The notes under the pieces are model-generated. The model searched no databases and had not been told where the DNA came from. It saw nothing but the letters and a program-made list of their open reading frames with translations. A DNA stretch of 63,400 bases, filler included, from Phoronis australis (taxonomy: Eukaryota; Animalia; Phoronida), in NCBI GenBank assembly GCA_002633005.1. It is 4 parts of 4 records of this genome, joined end to end, with 100 filler letters (N's around TTAATTAATTAA, not from the genome) between each part and the next. Parts side by side here need not be neighbours in the genome. Positions count along the whole stretch, not along the records: positions 1 to 23,823 come from NMRA01001256.1; positions 23,924 to 28,110 come from NMRA01000021.1; 2 more parts are not named here. The stretch is one strand, 5' to 3'. Both the position numbers and the translations under genes were made by a program. Of this stretch, positions 11,581 through 24,078 are shown one piece after another (positions within the stretch are counted from its first letter, which is position 1; every line of letters starts with the position of its first letter).

Positions 11581-14503
11581 AAATAATAGGGAAAAATTCC
11601 AATGTCGTTTATTAAATACCTCTAACGATGGCGATATTTACACAATGAAACTGTCACCCATGATGGATTATGACAAATACATCTGCAGTGAAATGGCGAG
11701 TTTCATCTAGTCAATTTACACAATGAAATGACAATATTAACGTAATGTTTGTTCATGACTATCTGTGTGGATAAATAGGAGCATGCACCCTGATTGACAA
11801 TCTCTACCTGCTAGTTACTGTCCATTCTACAACATCTTATAGCACTTACGGAAAAGAATTGATAAAATCTACACATCACACTACTCTCGATTGTTCTACA
11901 CAGCTACAAAAAAAACACTTGTTGGTGACAAATGACATCAATATATACAAATTAAAAATGACTAAGAGCACCCCCGATCCATCACAAAATACTGATTTTT
12001 GCATTCAGCGATCTCTTAATACACAAATTGCAATAAAATAAAACTCTAACCCTAACTAAATACACGTGATCCCATAGTTAGTTTCAGAGAACTACATTCC
12101 CAAAACAACAAAGAACTAATAAGGTCATAGAGTACCAAGTATGACAATACAATACAACACGGCCCTAACAAACTTCTACCATAACTGCTCTGGTATAAGC
12201 CCACCGAACGGCTTGTCTTTGCACATAAGCCCACCCACAATTTTCCTAGTGTCTAAATGTAAGACTGTCTGATCTCAGTCTATTACACATAACCCCCACC
12301 AGGTGGCCTGGCGCAAAGCAGCCTAGAGAACATGTGCACGTGCAATGAACGTGTCGTACAAACCCATGCTCTAATGGACAAATGTATAACCACAAGCCTA
12401 TCTATCATCTCATACAGGAGACGTTGGTGTAAGCGTACTAGAGCTTACCAATGGCTTACAGCAGAACCAATGCACTATTTCAATAAAAACGAGCAACTTG
12501 CAGATCACATAATACTGGCAGACAGCTAGGTAGTTACTAGTATTTCATTTGTGTGTTGATTTTTGTTTCCCTTTAAGCATCATGCGAGCGACATTAAGTC
12601 GTGCGTAGTTCCTGAAACGTGATATCCTCAATAATTGTAAAGGGCTATCAACCCTCCTTCAATCAAAGAAATAAACTTTAGATTTAAACTCACGTGTCCC
12701 TATAACAAAACCTATCTTAATTTACCCATACAAGACATCTCTAGAACTGGCAGTTCATTATTGCTTAAGACCATGCTCCGCGCACAGAATGAACTACATG
12801 CCCCAACTGCGCAAAGTCGCGGTACCTGGTCCCAAGCAGTAACACACCGTCAGTTCCCTTTAAGACCAGAGAGCACCTCTGATGTGCGCAAGAAACATAC
12901 GATATCAATTTCATAACCATAAGTGGTCTAAATCAATAGTTATGGAGGACAGGTTTAAGAAATGTGGATTTTTAAAATGTGTCAGATTCAAGAGACCAGG
13001 GTCATGTTTCACTGAGATGAAAGGTTAAAGGTTAACTTTGACTGGGTTTATTAATTCAGGAGACGAAACCAATGGCCCTTCAGTTTTGTTGAACTTTTAC
13101 TCTTCTTAGCTCTTATTAATTTAAATTAAAATCTTGTCTATCTTGGTCACATAGATTATTGCCAGATGTCACCTCTTTCTCTCAAACTACAGAGCACCAT
13201 CCGAGATTGAACTTGCTACAAATCAGCAAGACATTTACTGTCACTATACCTGAGAAAGTCTAAGGCAACACTTTAGCTAACAGCATTTCCAAACAATGGT
13301 GCACCTTACATTCAAGACTGATATTTGTCACCTTTGGCACAGATTCTCACCATACAATCTTGTGGCCTTTACATACATTGTGGCAAAACACCCACCTTAC
13401 ATCACCAGAATAACTTTCAATTATTAAAAACTGGTCTTGACATGTTCTTTACAAAGACTGGCGATGATTCCTAAGCTTGGAAATAACTGAAAATTCACTA
13501 TTACTTGAGACTGGTCTCAATGTGTGGTCCATCATGGCAAGTTTTAAGCCGTTTCAACATGAGACATGCGTTGTATTTGCGGCAATGTGGCAGTGGTTGT
13601 GAGAATGCATCTTGCTTGGTCATACAGGCTCACAAACCTTAAAAACTGGTAGAGCGAAATAAGATCAAACTTTTGCAACTCTACAGTACGGAACATGGCT
13701 GGTGTGCAAGTAGAGTAGCAATATGCAGAAATCATTGTCAAGATTTACTGACAGATGAGTCACTATACTTGGAACAGGATGTGTGAGGATAAGCCTAACT
13801 TATGTAACAGAAAGGAAATAGTCTGGGAGGGGGCATTGTTTGAATTCAATAGGCAATTTGATCAGATAAGGAAATTTAAGGTCCTACTGGAATTCAATTT
13901 GCATTGCGACATAACAGGATGTTCACTCAGAGCTAATCAACTCAGCATTAAACCAGAAAGTTCTTGCACAATGTGCTGCTGGCAATTACCTCTTGGGCAG
14001 GAGGCAGGACTTCCATTAACAAATAAAAACCCCAGCTAATGTTTGGTAACAAGCAGTAGCAGCCAAGGGGACTAGACCCATGTAACCTGGCGTGACCTGA
14101 AGGGTACCAGAACATTTGTAGTTGGGTTAAGACTGCAGGCTACCTGTACCAGCATACTGTGAGGCTGCATGGAAACCAAACTTTACATAATTACAATGAC
14201 TTCTATCTACAGTTAAAATGATTCTTCAATTCCTGACAAAACTAGTTTCTGAAATTGCTCCAAATACTAATTGATTTTTGGTGACAATCATCTACAGCAT
14301 AAGTCATGCTAACAATGAAATAAAACCTCCCAGTTGATTCTTGCCATACTACGGTAGGTGTCTAAACCGTTAGAGTAGGAAAATAATTTGCATGCTAGAA
14401 CATAACAAAGACCAAGGACAAACCTTTGTCATGAGCTTAACATATTACTTTTCAGGCATCAGAAATTACACAGCTTAAGTTCACCACACAAGGAAACATC
14501 AGA

Positions 14504-16114
14504 TCACTTCTCAGCATCTTGGCTGTCATTACCAACAGCTAAGGGATGTTCCAAGATCTCTGGTGACTGATAGGCTATTTCAGCCAATCTTTGCTGGTTA
14601 GCTAATGTGGATGCCATGCTGCCTATACACATGTCGTACTGAGCTGGGTCGAGGTTGGAATCACAGCTGATTGGGTGGTATATGTGCACCATTCCAGGCT
14701 CCACAGCACGGAACACCGTCAGATTGCTCTTGAGGACGTTAGTGTAGAACTGTACATCTTCTTTCCCCCACCCCTTGATGGTGACGTCATAGCCACCGAC
14801 CATCTCCATGTCAGATTTGTACATGGCTGCAATACCGAAACCGAACAGGCGCCAGTAGCCCATGTCACTGTGGAAGACAAATGGAGATTGTGGACATGAG
14901 TTGCTGATGGCACAGCCATATTGAGGGTTATAATGGCTGAACACTATGGGAAAATATAGTGTACTATATTGTCTTGTGTTCAATCGTACTCTATTGATGG
15001 CAGCATGGTCAAAGTAAATGTCAACATCAATAAAAAGCAGGAGAGAGTTAGCATCGTGCTTGGACGCCCCTTTTTGTAAGGCAAGTGCCCTCGAGAATGG
15101 CTCCTTCGTCTGATCCACTCTAATACTGCGATGGGGATATTTTTTACTGAGTGAGATTATCAACTCCAATGAGCGGCGGTTGTCAGAGTCTTGACTAGGA
15201 AAGAGAATGACAGTGAGGCTGACGGCGTCATCTTCCTCTAGACACACCTGCTCAAAGTTCAGCAGAAACCTGTTGAATATTTTCTGGCGTCCAGCCAGTG
15301 GCAGAATCATATGCACCATGGCTTGTGAGCTGACAGCAGGTGAACTCCGTTTAGTCCTGTGAGCAGATTTTAGTGAAACATAGTTAAAACTCTTCTGGAA
15401 TAACTGCATCAGAGCCGACGGCCGCTGATTCAGCAGCCTAGTTGAGTCATCTGGCACCTGCAATATGGAGTCCTCTAATATCTCTACCTCTGCAAACATT
15501 TGTTGCAAATAAGCGTGTTTTCGTACAGGTATTGTCATCTTGCGGCCTTTGTGTTTCCTGTACGTCAACAGTATGTCTAAAATGTAGTCAACACCGTAGA
15601 GGGGGTTAAATCAGCGGTAGCCATACAACACCTCCTTAAAGTCTATTGTGCGACCCTTCTGACGCGAGTTTTTGTTGATCATACGCATCACCTGTACGAT
15701 GATGTCATCCAGGCTTGATCTGGTCATGACATCATAGCCCACTTTGGGGTTCAGCAGTTTTTCAGAATAAACAGTGCTCTTTGTGATGAATTCCCATGGC
15801 AACACCTCTGATGTCGACTCGGGAATAAAATTCATCAAAGATGGATGCTGAGCAATCTTGCCGTGCTCCGCAGATGTCGTGGTTTTCTGGACAGGTGAAA
15901 TAAGGTCGCTGAATTTAGCAATTTCCCGCTGGTGCAGTAATATCTTGTGCCTGAGTTCCAGGCTCTTACGGTCCAATATGGAGGCGTGCAATGTGTAGAG
16001 ATCGGCAGGGTTCTTGACTGGGTGCAGGGTGATGGCCCTCTGTACCTCCTTTGACTTTAGCAGGGGGAGGTATGAGGTGTTCTTGCGATAGTTGTGGTAA
16101 AATAGGTGCTGCAT
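14504..16114 (-). CDS. CHSY1: chondroitin sulfate synthase (CHSY1-like) terminal exon, interrupted by one in-frame TGA at 15611-15613
   Basis: CAG acceptor at 16117-16115. Reads MQHLFYHNY..AITLHPVKNP..GRTIDFKEVLYGYR*FNPLYGVDYILDILLTYRKHKGRKMTIPVRKHAYLQQ..FIDVD..YFPIVFSHY..GYWRLFGFG..GWGKED. The two track ORFs are in one frame, 14 sense codons apart. Confidence 0.92.
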
Positions 16115-18289
16115 CTGCAAACAGAGGAAAACTGTCAATATCAACATTGATGGACAAGGGTTTACTATGGAGCTACTTGATGGTGTCCTGCGTCTAGAAG
16201 TTGTCTGGCAGACATCTTTACCAAACTGCAATCACGTTTAATCTCCAGCGGGTAGTACCTTAAAAACATGAGTCTAATGTGAAGTAATTCAGAGTGAAAT
16301 CAAAGAGTTGTCTATCCAGACACCCATGATTTTCGTTAGCTTGACCCACGGTGATAAGTGCAAGAGAAAAATGTCCACTAGCACATTACTCATTTTTTGA
16401 AAATTATTTTAATTCAAACGAGCACTTGCCCCTGTTTTTTGTCAATGTTGAATTTTTAACAGATGTGCTTTGGGATTTAAAAACATTTAACACTCAACCG
16501 ATCTTAAATTGATGCCAAATGAGTCAAGTTACAAGCAATGCATACGTGTGACATTTTTGAATTCACAATTTTAGAGTTGGCCATGCAACCAAAATAAACT
16601 CTGAAGAGTTTTCTTGAGTCACTGACGTTTTCGATGTTCCTCTTGGTAACGGTTTAGAATCCCATCACTGTAAGGAATATTAAGAAACCAACTTTATGAG
16701 AATAAAAGGCCAAAATTGATGTTTGTGTTTTAGCCAGGTAAATAATGTGAAATACAGCTTAGGTGACGTTAATCGGATCATTCTGACCACTGAATCCATC
16801 TGTGTTTACCGTAATCTTGCGGCTTAACACCCAGAAGGCGCTTAAATCGAAGATTGGCAAAAGTCAGGGAGGGTGATTACCAGATCAGAGGGCGCTTACA
16901 TCGAAATTTGTCACAAACTAAAAGTCGAGTGTGGACGATTACCTGGACATGGGCTTTAATATGTGAGTTTATGGTACAACACATTCTTTCCTTTTCACAT
17001 ACTCAACACCAAGCTCAAAAGTTAAGAGATCAATGCTCAATAAGTCTGCAGGCCAATACGAGACTCGAACTCTGGCAAGTCCAAAGCACTTACACAAAAC
17101 TGTAGACAAATTAAAATTACCTTCTGTAGTTAATGTTAACTTTCTATAGCAATTATGAGCAATTAAGAGGCTATTAAGTCCATTCATTGACCACCTAAGC
17201 TAAAAGTATGATGAATGTCAAAATGACATTTACACTGGCTGCAAACAAAATATTGGTAGTAATGTCACAGGCAGCACTGAAATACAAAACTATACAGTTT
17301 GTAAAAAAGTATACAATTTTCATCCTATTAATATATGGCATCCTGCAAACAGGTAAATCCCATGTCGGGTATCTGACAAGTTAAGACAACGGGCATAAAA
17401 TGAATGACAAACTACAAGGCTCTCGTTCATCCGAGGGGAAAGGCACCCGAGTGTGCCTTCTAAGAGGGGAGTATTTTGGGGTGAGGGAGAATTCTACCTC
17501 CTAGTCACCATCAATAGCACCCCAAACCTGTTGCAAGCCCTCATAGGCTCTGCCTCTAGTAACCAAAACTAACATTTTGTGCTCTTTCAAATTGTCAACT
17601 GTGCGAAATACAAGTGATTCGAACTTGAGGGGAATTTTTGGGCATTGTGAGAGGAATGTCGCGTGATATTTCAATATTTTCAGAAGGGAATGGGGCCGAT
17701 ATTCAGCCCAAAATCGAGGAATTGAGGGCTCTGGACTGGAGAGGGCACCACATTACAGTGAGATATTGGATAAAACAGTCTGTACAGAATGAATATTGGT
17801 GCAAAACATGGACATTCATTGGTATCATGTTACAATGAATAAATGGAAGAGTTCAATCATTGAAATGTCAACTTCAGAAACTTAACTGCTTCTAAAGGGG
17901 GCCGCAAGTGCACTTTTTATTGCAAGTTACAGGTAAAGACAACATAAGCAATTCAAAGTGAAGCCAAAGCAGATTTTTTATAAGTACACCTCAGACTTCA
18001 ATCGCTGTCTTGATGTCCAGATGTTGGCATTAACCGCTGATTCTAAATATTCAACAAATTTTAGTTTTTTGCTTATGTTCCCACCAACAAATCAATTAGT
18101 GAAATGATCAACTTCCCTTTTTCAGATGGCCACACACATAGAATGAGAAAAATGAAACCTTAGTCACTATGACAACACTAGGCCACACTTGAGAAAACAC
18201 AGAAAGCACAAGTCAGGTGTATAGTCAAGCAGTGCAAATCAGTTGCAGAAGACCTTTCAAGACGTTAATAAAAACTCAAACCTGCTTTG

Positions 18290-18522
18290 GAAAGGGGTTG
18301 ACTGGGGAATTTGTTTGTCCAAATGGGTAATGGTGGCCTTTGGGTTCTCTAACAGAAAGGGTTGAGTGGGGATATTGTTCCAAACACGCAATGGTGGCCT
18401 TAGGGTTCTCAAACAGAAAGGGTTAAATGGGGATATTCTTCCAAATGGGCAATATGGTGGCCTTACTGGGCTCTACAACAGAAAGGGTTAAGTGGGGATA
18501 TTGTTCGAACTGGGCAACGATG
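18290..18522. repeat. about 61-bp degenerate minisatellite, 3-4 copies, in the CHSY intron
   Basis: acagaaagggtt..tggggatatt.ttccaaa...caatggtggcctt recurs. Confidence 0.85.
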
Positions 18523-20781
18523 CCCTTTGCTCACTCCACCACAGCATCAGGCACAACTATAACATAAATAATTCAATAATTAGAACAACTGATCTTAGCG
18601 TTCTGAATGTCCCTAAAGAAATTTTTTTGATAAAACGGAAGCACTTATCATACCGCAGTTTCGTCGTAACAGACAATCCCGAGTTGCCACTACACCACTT
18701 ACTACTGTAGAATAATATGAGCAAACTGCAAGTATTTGTTCAGTAGAGATGTGCAATTACAATCTTGAACTTAAGCTGTGTCAAGACAATAGTTATCCAA
18801 TGAATCTAGACATTTGTTTTTTGCTCTTTTGATAGGCTAGCTATCGAGCTCCAGGATTATAGTTTCTAGTTTACAGCCTCTGAAGTGTCTAAAATTTAAC
18901 TTTTAAGTTAAAAAGGTACATAGATTTAAATTTCTGATTTTATACCAAGCTGCCAGTGATTGGATCAGGTGACCATGTCTTATAGCATATAAGAAGAGTG
19001 TTCATTCATCGCAAACCATTAGCACCTGAATAACATGACCTAATTTTGTCTACATGAAATGTTTTACTACACAAAATCTTAAGTTTCACTTTTCTAAATT
19101 ATCATTTCCTTTTCGTTTATGCAACTTAATTTTTTCAAGAAGTCTTTGATTGGTTCTCATGCAAAAAACGAAAAACCATTCCTAACAATATAGAGCACTT
19201 TCATTTGAATACAATCAGACATTTCTGAGATGTGTTGTTATGAAGTGACCTAAATCGGGACATATTTCTAGGGTCCTGACATGATACTGTGACTCTTCGG
19301 AGTGACACACATTTTTGTCATCTTTTGTCAAAGTCTAAGATTTACAGATATCTGGAGACAAAACCCCAGGAAAGAAGTACAAAAAATGACTAGACTGGTC
19401 TAGACTAAAGGTAATTATTTTTGAAGTCGTGTAACTAGAGTCATTATACAGGCAGAAAACTATATGTGCAAGAATAGAGAATATGCTTGATGTTGGACAA
19501 ATATTGACAATTTCTGACCACAACCTGCAATAAATTGCGATAATTTACCATTCTGAGCTACGGTAAAGTTCTCTCACCAATTTTGGACAAATGCCATAAC
19601 TTTCATTTTTCATCCAAGTCATCTAACATTGCTGTGAATGTCCACAATTTTTCAAAATATTTGCTGATGGTAGCTGGAGTACAGAAGTTACAGAATTAGT
19701 AAAGCAATAATTTGATGCTATATAACTTTTATGAAATAATGAGCAAACAAGATTCCATTTGTCGGCCATATTGTGTCCCAACTTGTGAGATTTTATCGGA
19801 ACATGTTTTGAAAGTGTGCTCAAAAAGTTCAAACAGAGCCCAAGGTAAAATAATCTCACTACACAGTGTCAGGTGGAGATGAGAGACTGTTTGAGGTTCA
19901 TCTGGGTTAAAATAGAGCAGACTGTCTGGTCTGGACTTGTCAGGCTTCGTGTAACAGTTGGGTTCCATGTACTCAGCCCAGAAATGAGGACAGAGGTATG
20001 GTGTGATGAAATGGCAAGGCAGTGCAGTTGAAAGAAGACAGACATATGGTGTGGTGTAATTGCAAATCAGTGAACCTGAAATTACAGACTATTGCTGACA
20101 GGCAATATCAACTAAAACATCCCATGATAAACATCAGTTTACAGCCACCAACAATAATTGTGCCAGCAGTAATCATCAAAAACATGTTTTCAGACCTCTA
20201 ACTTTCTATTAATTAATGCCCCTTAAATTATTGAGCTAAAACATATTTCTTTTAATTTTACTCGCTTATATTCAATAATTTTTTATAACTAGAACAAATA
20301 ATAGTACACAGCAGTATTAGGCTCACACTCATTTGCCACTATTTCGTATTTTGGTGCCTAAATATGCAGAAAAGTCAAACTTGTCAACTAATCTATTAAA
20401 AATCTAGCAAAATCTTCAATCTTGAGCGTGCATTTGGCGACTGCTGATCTAATTTATATGAAGTTGCCACCATCAATCTGAGATTGCATATCACAAGCTG
20501 GAGGTCGCCAAATTAGGATGCTGTGGCATTAATCAATAACCATCGTTCTAGGCTAATCTCAGTAGGTGTATATGGTATGTTTGATTTGAGACACCCTGAC
20601 TTTTGGGAAAAATAATTTATTCTGTGCAAAACCTGAGAGGAGAATTACCAGATTTAGCTTAAAAATGAATGTTTTAGCATAACAATGAGTGATTTAGCTT
20701 ACTCAAAAACCATTTAGTTCAGCAGTTTCAAAACACTTTGATGAACAAGTGGAAATCCAACATTACGTCATCATGACTTAC

Positions 20782-21053
20782 ATTAGGTGCACATGACATG
20801 TTCAAAGCCAAACGAACGCAGCGGCCGACCTCTACATCTTCATGGACAGTTAACAGATTATTCAAGCAGTCACCGATGAGAGGAACAGTCTTCAGCAACG
20901 TGGACGCACTAAAAATTATACCAGGACCACCCCAACAATAGTGCTCATCGCCGTGTTCAAAATTCCTTGCTTGACATTCACCAGCCTTCCGATCAGCGGC
21001 ACCAATATAGTGATCACGACTGCTGTTCAAGGATGACAGGAAGTGGACAAGCT
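20782..21053 (-). CDS. CHSY1: CHSY upstream exon (Fringe-like/GT31-type domain), 5' part cut by the N at 21054
   Basis: LVHFLSSLNSSRDHYIG..YCWGGPGIIFS..HEDVEVGRCVR..SCAPN, then a gtaagt donor at 20781. Phase 0 matches the 16114 acceptor. Confidence 0.8.
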
Positions 21054-21054
21054 N

Positions 21055-21711
21055 CAGCAGTAATCATCAAAAACATGTTTTCAGACCTCTAACTTTCTAT
21101 TAATTAATGCCCCTTAAATTATTGAGCTAACACATTTTTTACTCGCTTTTATTCAATATTTTTTATAACTAGAACAAATAATAGTACACAGCAGTATTAG
21201 GCTCACATTCATTTGCCACTCTATTTCGTATTTTGGTACCTAAATATGCAGAAAAGTCAAACTTGTCGACAAATTTATTAAAAATCTAGCAAAATCTTCA
21301 ATCTTGAGGGTGCATTTGGCGACTGCTGATCTAATTTATATGAAGTTGCCACCGTCAATCTGAGGTTGCATATCACAAGCTGGAGGTCGCCAAATTAGGA
21401 TGCTGTGGCATTAATCAATAACCATCGTTCTAGGCTAATCTCAGTAGGTGTATATGGTATGTTTGATTTGAGACACCCTGATTTTTGGGAAAAAATAATT
21501 TATTCTGTGCAAAACCTGAGAGGAGAATTACCACATTTAGCTTAAAAATGAATGTTTTAGCATAACAATGAGTGATTTAGCTTACTCATAAACCATTTAG
21601 TTCAGCAGTTTCAAAACACTTTGATGAACAAGTGATCATCATGACCTACATTAGGTGCACATGACATGTTCAAAGCCAAACGAACGCAGCGGCCAACCTC
21701 TACATCTTCAT
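21055..21711 (+). repeat. near-identical copy of 20164-20843 bounded by single Ns, including the 3' end of the CHSY exon
   Basis: Bounded by N21054 and N21712. The exon part differs by a synonymous Val change; donor is gtaggt versus gtaagt. Confidence 0.9.
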
Positions 21712-22351
21712 NATTTGGTTTTGGAAAATGCTGTTGTCTGGAACTGAAACTAAACAAGAAATATTTCTTATGCTATAACAGGACATCATGTGGATATGGC
21801 TCAGAAGATGAGAATAAAGTTAACAGTGGGTTTAGTCAGAACCTCTCCATAATAATTACTCTTAATTTGCTACAAACTCACCTGAAGTCTTTTATATCAG
21901 GGTAATTTTTTGCATTTTAATATTCATTGTCATGAGGTTTTATTTCGTCAACTTTCCCAACAGAAATAAACATTGAGAAATTTTTACGTCATAAGTAGCC
22001 AAGGTAGAATTGTGTGAAAATGGTCACGAAGCAATATTTGTTAACTTTTACAATAAAGTTTGTGCAAAAACCATCCATGATGATACGTGTGGAGTGGTCA
22101 AACACTATATACTCCAAGGGTCTTTAGCGACGAAGTAAACATTTACCTCTGCGAAGAAATCTAATAATTTTTTCTAATCCTTTGGAGTAATACAAACTCC
22201 AAACCCTAACCTGTTTAATTTATCTGATTAGAAATGGTGACATTCTCACGGAAGACCAATAAAAAGATCACACATCACACAGTATTATAACTTCCAGCTC
22301 AGACTATAAAATCAATTGTCCCCAAGCTTTCAGTATCTGGATTCCCCAGAT

Positions 22352-22783
22352 CAAGGTACCTAAACTACACGGTCAACGGACTCATAAACACGACTCACGG
22401 ACCTGCAAACACCGTCCACTGACTCACAAACACGGGAACGGACTCACAAAACACGATCCACGCACCCAAATACACGGGACACGGGACTCATATTCACGAG
22501 GAAATACAGTTAACGGACCGCCAAACACGGATCATGGACAAAATGAAGATGTCAGCTGACCCACGAAGCCGATGAGTCCGTGACCCGTGTTTGGCGGTCC
22601 GTTAACCATGTTTCCTCGTGAATATGAGTCCGTGTCCTGTGTATTTGGGTGCGTGGATCGTGTTTTGTGAGTCCGNTTCCCGTGTTTGTGAGTCAGTGGA
22701 CGGTGTTTGCAGGTCCGTGAGTCGTGTTCATGCGTCCGTGCCCGTGTTTATGAGTCCGTTGACCGTGTAGTTTAGGTACCTTG
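22352..22783. mobile_element. foldback-type element with long inverted arms built of short subrepeats
   Basis: caaggtacctaaactacacggtcaacggactcataaacacg... mirrored by ...cgtgtttatgagtccgttgaccgtgtagtttaggtaccttg; arms about 180-200 bp with a short spacer. Confidence 0.85.
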
Positions 22784-23823
22784 CAATTGGTAGGTAATTA
22801 TTTCCGCGGCAGCACAACATACATGCAGGCGCGATTGCCATCACCGTTTTAATGCGCCAGTTGACCTGAGGTGAGCTAACATACTGTAGAGCGCCAATGA
22901 AATTATTGTCCGCCTATAACGCGAGGCGCGGCCCTACTTATTATACGGGTCCTCGTACTTAAAAGTTATACATTATTTAAGAAGTGGTTTTTTCTAAGCT
23001 TGAGAAGGACTGGCAAATCAATGTTGTTGGAGACTGAACTGGGTAAGCTGATATGACAGGATTGTTACTAAATGTTACCGATTTGTTATCTACATGTAGG
23101 TACGCGTATGCGTGGATGTAAGAAGACTGAAAATATATTGATGGAAAATGGTTGTTTGCCTGGACCTTTGAAACCTAACGAAATAATATATATGAATACA
23201 TGCCAAATGCGATAAAAATCTTTCTTAATGTTGCTTTTTCTATTGTAATAAAATTTCAAAATTAACAGCATTTGATAAAAAATTTAGTTTTGATTTTATG
23301 GTGAACCACAAATTTGCAAATGAAGATTGAAATAATACTTATACATGGAGGTTGAAGTTGACGCAATCGAGTTTCGGAATCCAAAATAATATAAATGCAT
23401 TTTCTTCATGCTTGATGCTAAAACTGGTTAAAATCTGCTAACTGAATAAAGCACTGTGCGTTATTGTCTTTTTCATAAAGCCAGCGTAAACAAATGGACA
23501 TCATAATAACTCTGGATAAACAGAGCACAGCCCTATGCTCAATATTATTGTCTTCTAGGAAGGGCTAAAGCAAAATAGCTCTGGTCGTCTGAGCAGGGAA
23601 TATGTTGTGTGCCCAAAAAATAACAGAGCTGTTGTAGAAACACGACTTCGTTTTTAGTCCTGATTTTTAATGGAGGTGGTAACTTCCTAAGATATGCACA
23701 TTTTCTCACAAACGTGCCAATTTTGTTTGTATTTTCACCAGTCTACAAAAAACATGTTTGAAACTCTCTTTTGAAATCTTTTAATCCATGTAGTCTCTGT
23801 CAAAATGAAGGCATTCTGTAAAA

Positions 23824-23923
23824 NNNNNNNNNNNNNNNNNNNNNNNNNNNNNNNNNNNNNNNNNNNNTTAATTAATTAANNNNNNNNNNNNNNNNNNNNN
23901 NNNNNNNNNNNNNNNNNNNNNNN
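23824..23923. other. artificial contig spacer
   Basis: N44-TTAATTAATTAA-N44, which places stops in all six frames. Confidence 0.98.
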
Positions 23924-24078
23924 CGCTCTCCGGCCTCCTTTCGGCGGGGCCCCCTATAATAATATAGGAGGCCCCGCTCTCCGGCCTCCTTTCGGCGGGG
24001 CCCCCTATATTAATATAGGGGGCCCTGCTCTCTGGCATCCCTTCAGCGAGGCCGCCTATATTAATATAGGAGAGCCTC
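23924..24078. repeat. 51-bp tandem repeat with internal palindrome, 3 copies at a contig edge
   Basis: cgctctccggcctcctttcggcggggccccctata.taatatagg.ggccc at 23924, 23975 and about 24026. Confidence 0.88.

Noticed and set aside
15611-15613. Selenocysteine codon in CHSY
   Set aside because: The aligned residue is Arg, not Cys, and I identified no SECIS. Kept only as an unexplained stop.
16615-16670. Minimal hammerhead on the minus strand (GAAAACGTC)
   Set aside because: The CTGATGA box has two mismatches and stem I does not pair.
21055-21711. Mutually exclusive duplicate CHSY exon
   Set aside because: Near-identical intron sequence and N boundaries point to the second allele.
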